Below, piece after piece: positions 59,908 to 64,000 of a DNA stretch of 64,000 nucleotides. This DNA is from Escherichia coli (GTDB taxonomy: Bacteria; Pseudomonadota; Gammaproteobacteria; Enterobacterales; Enterobacteriaceae): the NCBI RefSeq assembly GCF_003334765.1, contig NZ_QOWT01000008.1. One strand, written 5' to 3'. A program made the translations under genes and the position numbers. Position 1 is the first letter of the stretch, and each line of letters begins with the position of its first letter. A model generated the notes under the pieces. The model was not told where the DNA came from and did no database searches. It worked only from the letters and a program-made list of their open reading frames with translations.

Positions 59908-60759
59908 ATGAGTAGTTTGTTGTTGTTTAACGATAAGAGTAGGGCACTGCAGGCGGATATCGTCGCCGTGCAGTCGCAGGTGGTTTACGGCAGCGTGGGC
60001 AACAGCATTGCCGTGCCTGCTATCAAACAGAACGGCCTGAATGTCTTTGCCGTGCCGACGGTATTGCTGAGCAATACGCCGCATTATGACACTTTCTACG
60101 GTGGTGCGATTCCGGACGAATGGTTTAGCGGCTATTTGCGTGCGCTTCAGGAGCGTGATGCGCTGCGCCAACTTCGTGCTGTAACCACGGGCTATATGGG
60201 AACGGCATCGCAAATCAAAATCCTTGCCGAGTGGCTGACTGCGCTACGCAAAGACCATCCTGACCTATTGATCATGGTCGATCCGGTGATTGGCGATATT
60301 GATAGCGGAATTTATGTCAAACCTGACCTTCCCGAAGCGTATCGACAATATTTACTGCCGCTGGCGCAGGGAATTACCCCCAATATCTTTGAGTTGGAAA
60401 TCCTGACCGGTAAAAATTGCCGCGATCTCGACAGTGCCATTGCTGCCGCAAAAAGTCTGCTTTCAGACACATTAAAATGGGTGGTGGTTACCAGCGCCTC
60501 CGGTAATGAAGAAAATCAGGAGATGCAGGTTGTGGTGGTCACTGCCGACAGCGTGAATGTCATTTCCCATTCACGGGTAAAAACCGACCTGAAAGGGACT
60601 GGCGACCTGTTTTGTGCTCAGCTCATCAGTGGCTTGCTGAAAGGGAAGGCGTTAACCGATGCAGTGCACCGAGCGGGGTTGCGCGTACTGGAAGTGATGC
60701 GCTACACCCAGCAGCATGAGAGCGATGAATTGATTTTGCCGCCGCTGGCGGAAGCATAA
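59908..60759 (+). CDS. pdxK: Pyridoxal/pyridoxine/pyridoxamine kinase PdxK
   Basis: 283-aa ribokinase-superfamily ORF; recognised PdxK. Confidence 0.9.
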   Translation: MSSLLLFNDKSRALQADIVAVQSQVVYGSVGNSIAVPAIKQNGLNVFAVPTVLLSNTPHYDTFYGGAIPDEWFSGYLRALQERDALRQLRAVTTGYMGTASQIKILAEWLTALRKDHPDLLIMVDPVIGDIDSGIYVKPDLPEAYRQYLLPLAQGITPNIFELEILTGKNCRDLDSAIAAAKSLLSDTLKWVVVTSASGNEENQEMQVVVVTADSVNVISHSRVKTDLKGTGDLFCAQLISGLLKGKALTDAVHRAGLRVLEVMRYTQQHESDELILPPLAEA

Positions 60760-60787
60760 AAAAATGGCGCCGATGGGCGCCATTTTT
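60757..60787. terminator. Bidirectional rho-independent terminator (pdxK / crr)
   Basis: Stem TGGCGCC/GGCGCCA with 4-nt loop, flanked by AAAAAAA and TTTTT; lies between convergent pdxK and crr. Confidence 0.65.
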
Positions 60788-60801
60788 CACTGCGGCAAGA
60801 A

Positions 60802-61311
60802 TTACTTCTTGATGCGGATAACCGGGGTTTCACCCACGGTTACGCTACCGGACAGTTTGATCAGTTCTTTGATTTCGTCCATGTTGGAGATAACAACCGG
60901 AGTCAGGGTAGACTTGGCTTTCTCTTCCAGCAGCGGCAGATCAAATTCAATGACAGTATCGCCAACTTTCACGCGCTGACCTTCTTCAGCAATACGCTTG
61001 AAGCCTTCGCCTTTCAGTTCAACGGTGTCGATACCGAAGTGGACGAACAGTTCAACGCCGCTATCAGATTCGATAGAGAATGCGTGGTTGGTTTCAAAGA
61101 TTTTACCAATGGTGCCGTCTACTGGCGCGACCATTTTGTTACCCGTTGGTTTGATAGCAATACCATCACCAACGATTTTTTCCGCAAAAACGACATCCGG
61201 CACGTCTTCGATATTGACGATCTCGCCAGAGAGCGGAGCAATGATCTCAATAGTTCCGGTATCCTTCTTGTCGTCGGAAACCAGAGATTTCAGTTTATCG
61301 AACAAACCCAT
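60802..61311 (-). CDS. crr: PTS glucose-specific enzyme IIA component (EIIA-Glc)
   Basis: 169-aa reverse ORF ([39 protein letters not shown]...); recognised Crr. Confidence 0.95.
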
Positions 61312-61351
61312 GATCTTCTCCTAAGCAGTAAATTGGGCCGCATCTCGTGGA

Positions 61352-63079
61352 TTAGCAGATTGTTTTTTCTTCAATGAACTTGTTAACCAGCGTCATTAAC
61401 TCGTCCGTTGTCGGTTGAGCAAGAGCCTGCTCTGCTAACACCTTCGCATCTTCGAAGTTCGTGTTACGGATAATCTTCTTAATGCGCGGGATAGAAATGG
61501 CGCTCATAGAGAATTCGTCCAGACCCATCCCCAGCAACAGAAGTGTAGCACGTTCATCGCCAGCAAGCTCACCACACATGCCAGTCCATTTGCCTTCAGC
61601 ATGAGAAGCATCAATAACTTGCTTGATCAAGTTCAGCACGGACGGTGACATTGGCTGGTAAAGGTGTGAAATCATATCATTACCACGGTCAACTGCCAGA
61701 GTGTACTGCGTTAAATCATTGGTGCCGATACTAAAGAAATCAACTTCTTTGGCTAAATGACGTGCAATTGTTGCGGCAGCCGGTGTTTCCACCATTACGC
61801 CGATTTCAATTGACTCGTCAAACGCTTTACCTTCGTCGCGCAGTTCCTGTTTGTAGATTTCGATCTCTTTGCGCAGTGCACGCACTTCTTCAACAGAGAT
61901 GATCATCGGGAACATAATGCGCAATTTACCGAAAGCCGAGGCACGCAGGATAGCGCGGAGCTGATCGCGCAGGATCTCTCTACGATCCATCGCGATACGG
62001 ATAGCGCGCCAGCCGAGGAACGGGTTCTCTTCTTTCGGGAAGTTCATGTATGGCAGCTCTTTGTCGCCGCCGATGTCCATGGTACGAACGATAACCGCTT
62101 GCGAGCCACACGCTTCAGCCACTGCTTTGTAAGCAGCAAACTGTTCTTCTTCAGTGGGCAGTGCGTCGCGGTCCATGAACAGGAACTCAGTACGATACAG
62201 ACCAACGCCTTCAGCGCCGTTACGCTCTGCACCTTCAACGTCACGAACCGTACCAATGTTAGCGCATACTTCTACCTGGTGACCGTCCAGCGTAATAGCT
62301 GGCAGATCTTTCAGTTTAGCAAGCTCTGCTTTTTCAGAAGCCACTTGCTCCTGAACAGCGCGCATTTTATCAATAACTTCGTTGGTTGGATTGACGTAAA
62401 CCTGATTATTTACGGCATCCAGAATCAGATAGTCGTCATTTTTCACCTGAGAGGTGACGCTACCGGTACCCACGATAGCAGGTAGTTCCAGAGAACGCGC
62501 CATGATAGAGGTGTGGGAAGTACGGCCACCCGCGTCGGTGATGAAACCCAGCACCTTCTTCAGGTTCAGCTGTGCGGTTTCGGACGGCGTCAGGTCAGCG
62601 GCAACCAGAATGACTTCATCCTGAATGGCGCTCAGGTCGATAATCTTCAGGCCCAGGATGTTGCGCAGCAGGCGCTTACCGATATCACGTACGTCAGCCG
62701 CACGTTCTTTCAGGTATTCATCATCCAGCTCTTCCAGGGCAGAAGCCTGACCTTCGATAACTTCATGAGCAGCTGCGTCAGCTGTCATGTGCTTATCTTT
62801 AATCAGGGCTATGATTTCCTGCTCCAGCTCCTCATCTTCGAGCAGCATAATATGCCCTTCAAAGATGGCTTCTTTTTCTTCACCGAACGTTTCACCAGCT
62901 TTCGTTTTGATCGTTTCCAGCTGGGCTGATGCCTTGGCACGACCGCTCAGAAAACGTTCAACTTCCTGATCAACCTGGTCGGCAGAAATTTTTTTCCGGT
63001 CAATGACAATTTCGTCTTCTTTCAGAAGCAGAGCTTTACCGAAAGCGATACCCGGGGATGCTAAAATGCCTGAAATCAT
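61352..63079 (-). CDS. ptsI: PTS enzyme I (phosphoenolpyruvate-protein phosphotransferase)
   Basis: 575-aa reverse ORF; recognised PtsI. Confidence 0.95.
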   Translation of the reverse strand: MISGILASPGIAFGKALLLKEDEIVIDRKKISADQVDQEVERFLSGRAKASAQLETIKTKAGETFGEEKEAIFEGHIMLLEDEELEQEIIALIKDKHMTADAAAHEVIEGQASALEELDDEYLKERAADVRDIGKRLLRNILGLKIIDLSAIQDEVILVAADLTPSETAQLNLKKVLGFITDAGGRTSHTSIMARSLELPAIVGTGSVTSQVKNDDYLILDAVNNQVYVNPTNEVIDKMRAVQEQVASEKAELAKLKDLPAITLDGHQVEVCANIGTVRDVEGAERNGAEGVGLYRTEFLFMDRDALPTEEEQFAAYKAVAEACGSQAVIVRTMDIGGDKELPYMNFPKEENPFLGWRAIRIAMDRREILRDQLRAILRASAFGKLRIMFPMIISVEEVRALRKEIEIYKQELRDEGKAFDESIEIGVMVETPAAATIARHLAKEVDFFSIGTNDLTQYTLAVDRGNDMISHLYQPMSPSVLNLIKQVIDASHAEGKWTGMCGELAGDERATLLLLGMGLDEFSMSAISIPRIKKIIRNTNFEDAKVLAEQALAQPTTDELMTLVNKFIEEKTIC

Positions 63080-63123
63080 AACCCTACCTTACTTGTGACT
63101 GATTTTTAAAAGAACCCGGGAAA

Positions 63124-63381
63124 TTACTCGAGTTCCGCCATCAGTTTAACCAGATGTTCAACCGCTTTCTGCTCGTCTTCGCCTTCTGCGGAGATAGTCA
63201 CAACGGTACCTTGAGTCAGGCCCAGAGTCTGCAGTTTAAACAGGCTTTTCGCGCTGGCGCTTTTGCCGTTGGAAGTCACAGTAATTTCAGAAGTGAAGCC
63301 CTTAGCTTCTTTTACAAACTGGGCAGCAGGGCGGGTGTGCAGACCGTTCGGAGCGGTAATGGTAACTTCTTGCTGGAACAT
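63124..63381 (-). CDS. ptsH: PTS phosphocarrier protein HPr
   Basis: 85-aa reverse [32 protein letters not shown]... with the His15 phosphorylation-site context. Confidence 0.95.
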
Positions 63382-63712
63382 TGTATTTCCCCAACTTATA
63401 GGTTTAGTGTTGTGGAACTAAAGTCTAGCCTGGCGGTTCGACTTTAGCCTGTATTGTTAGCGCCAGTTTTTAACAGACGCGACGCACGAAGAGCGCAATA
63501 CAGTCCATTGCTGGCGGGTGTTGACCGCTGACGTTTCGTACGTCATTAAACATTATGCCGCTAAAGGAAGAATTGAACCAAATCATAAAATCGATTCAGC
63601 TTTGGCTTTTCCTGTAACGATTAATTTCGCGCATCAAAATAATTAGTCTGGTTAAATACCAGTTCCGACAGGCTGAATCAATGCCAGGAGGGGCGAAAGT
63701 TTGAAGCAGGCC
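63382..63712 (-). promoter_or_regulatory. ptsH upstream promoter region
   Basis: About 330-bp non-coding region upstream of ptsH, the expected location of the ptsHI promoters; individual sites not mapped. Confidence 0.4.
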
Positions 63713-63744
63713 ACAAAAAAGCACCTAAAAAGGTGCTTTTTTAC
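63713..63744 (-). terminator. Rho-independent terminator downstream of cysK
   Basis: Stem AGCACCT/AGGTGCT with AAAA loop, flanked by A-tract and T-tract; 20 nt beyond the cysK stop on the reverse strand. Confidence 0.6.
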
Positions 63745-63764
63745 GCATTTTTAACAAGCTGGCA

Positions 63765-64000
63765 TTACTGTTGCAATTCTTTCTCAGTGAAGAGATCGGC
63801 AAACAATGCGGTGCTTAAATAACGCTCACCCGATGATGGTAGAATAACCACAATATTCTTGTTGGTAAAGCTTTCATCTTCTTGTAGTTTCAACGCCGCG
63901 GCAACAGCTGCTCCAGAAGAGATACCTGCAAGAATACCTTCTTCTTCCATCAGACGACGCGCGGTAGAAATCGCTTCTTCATTGGTGATGCCAATGACTT
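63765..64000 (-). CDS. cysK: Cysteine synthase A (O-acetylserine sulfhydrylase A), C-terminal fragment running off the window end
   Basis: Reverse-strand reading frame ending at stop 63765-63767 with C-terminus ...[26 protein letters not shown]; upstream part lies beyond position 64000. Confidence 0.85.
   Translation of the reverse strand, partial: VIGITNEEAISTARRLMEEEGILAGISSGAAVAAALKLQEDESFTNKNIVVILPSSGERYLSTALFADLFTEKELQQ

Overview
This window reads as ordinary, well-characterised Escherichia coli core chromosome, not an accessory island. I did not find a previously undescribed system. Every long ORF is accounted for by a known gene at its expected length, in a gene order I recognise from E. 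coli K-12 (cysK-ptsHI-crr through the eut operon to hyfABC), here in reverse orientation relative to how I recall the reference. All gene identifications rest on recognising the translated ORFs and their synteny from memory; no database search was run. Gene content in window order: hyfC (5' fragment), hyfB, hyfA, bcp, gcvR, dapA, bamC, purC, ypfJ, tmcA, ypfH, ypfN, dapE, yffB, ypfM, acrD, narQ, aegA, nudK, ypfG, tktB, talA, maeB, the complete 17-gene eut operon (eutSPQTDMNEJGHABCLKR), hemF, amiA, ypeA, yfeZ, yfeY, yfeX, yfeW, murP, murQ, murR, ucpA, cysPUWAM, yfeS, yfeK, pdxK, crr, ptsI, ptsH and the 3' end of cysK. The only organised multi-gene system is the ethanolamine-utilisation microcompartment locus, which is well described. 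The most informative strain-level observation is that eutA and eutB are directly adjacent, so the CPZ-55 prophage that I recall interrupting this junction in K-12 MG1655 is absent. Other points worth a second look are regulatory or repeat features: a tandemly duplicated REP/BIME unit inside the eut operon, an inverted pair of BIME copies about 10.9 kb apart, a hairpin between eutM and eutN, a hairpin just upstream of the yfeX ribosome-binding site, several perfect intergenic palindromes, and candidate sigma-54, PurR and BaeR sites. No CRISPR array, IS element, integrase, tRNA or rRNA was seen.
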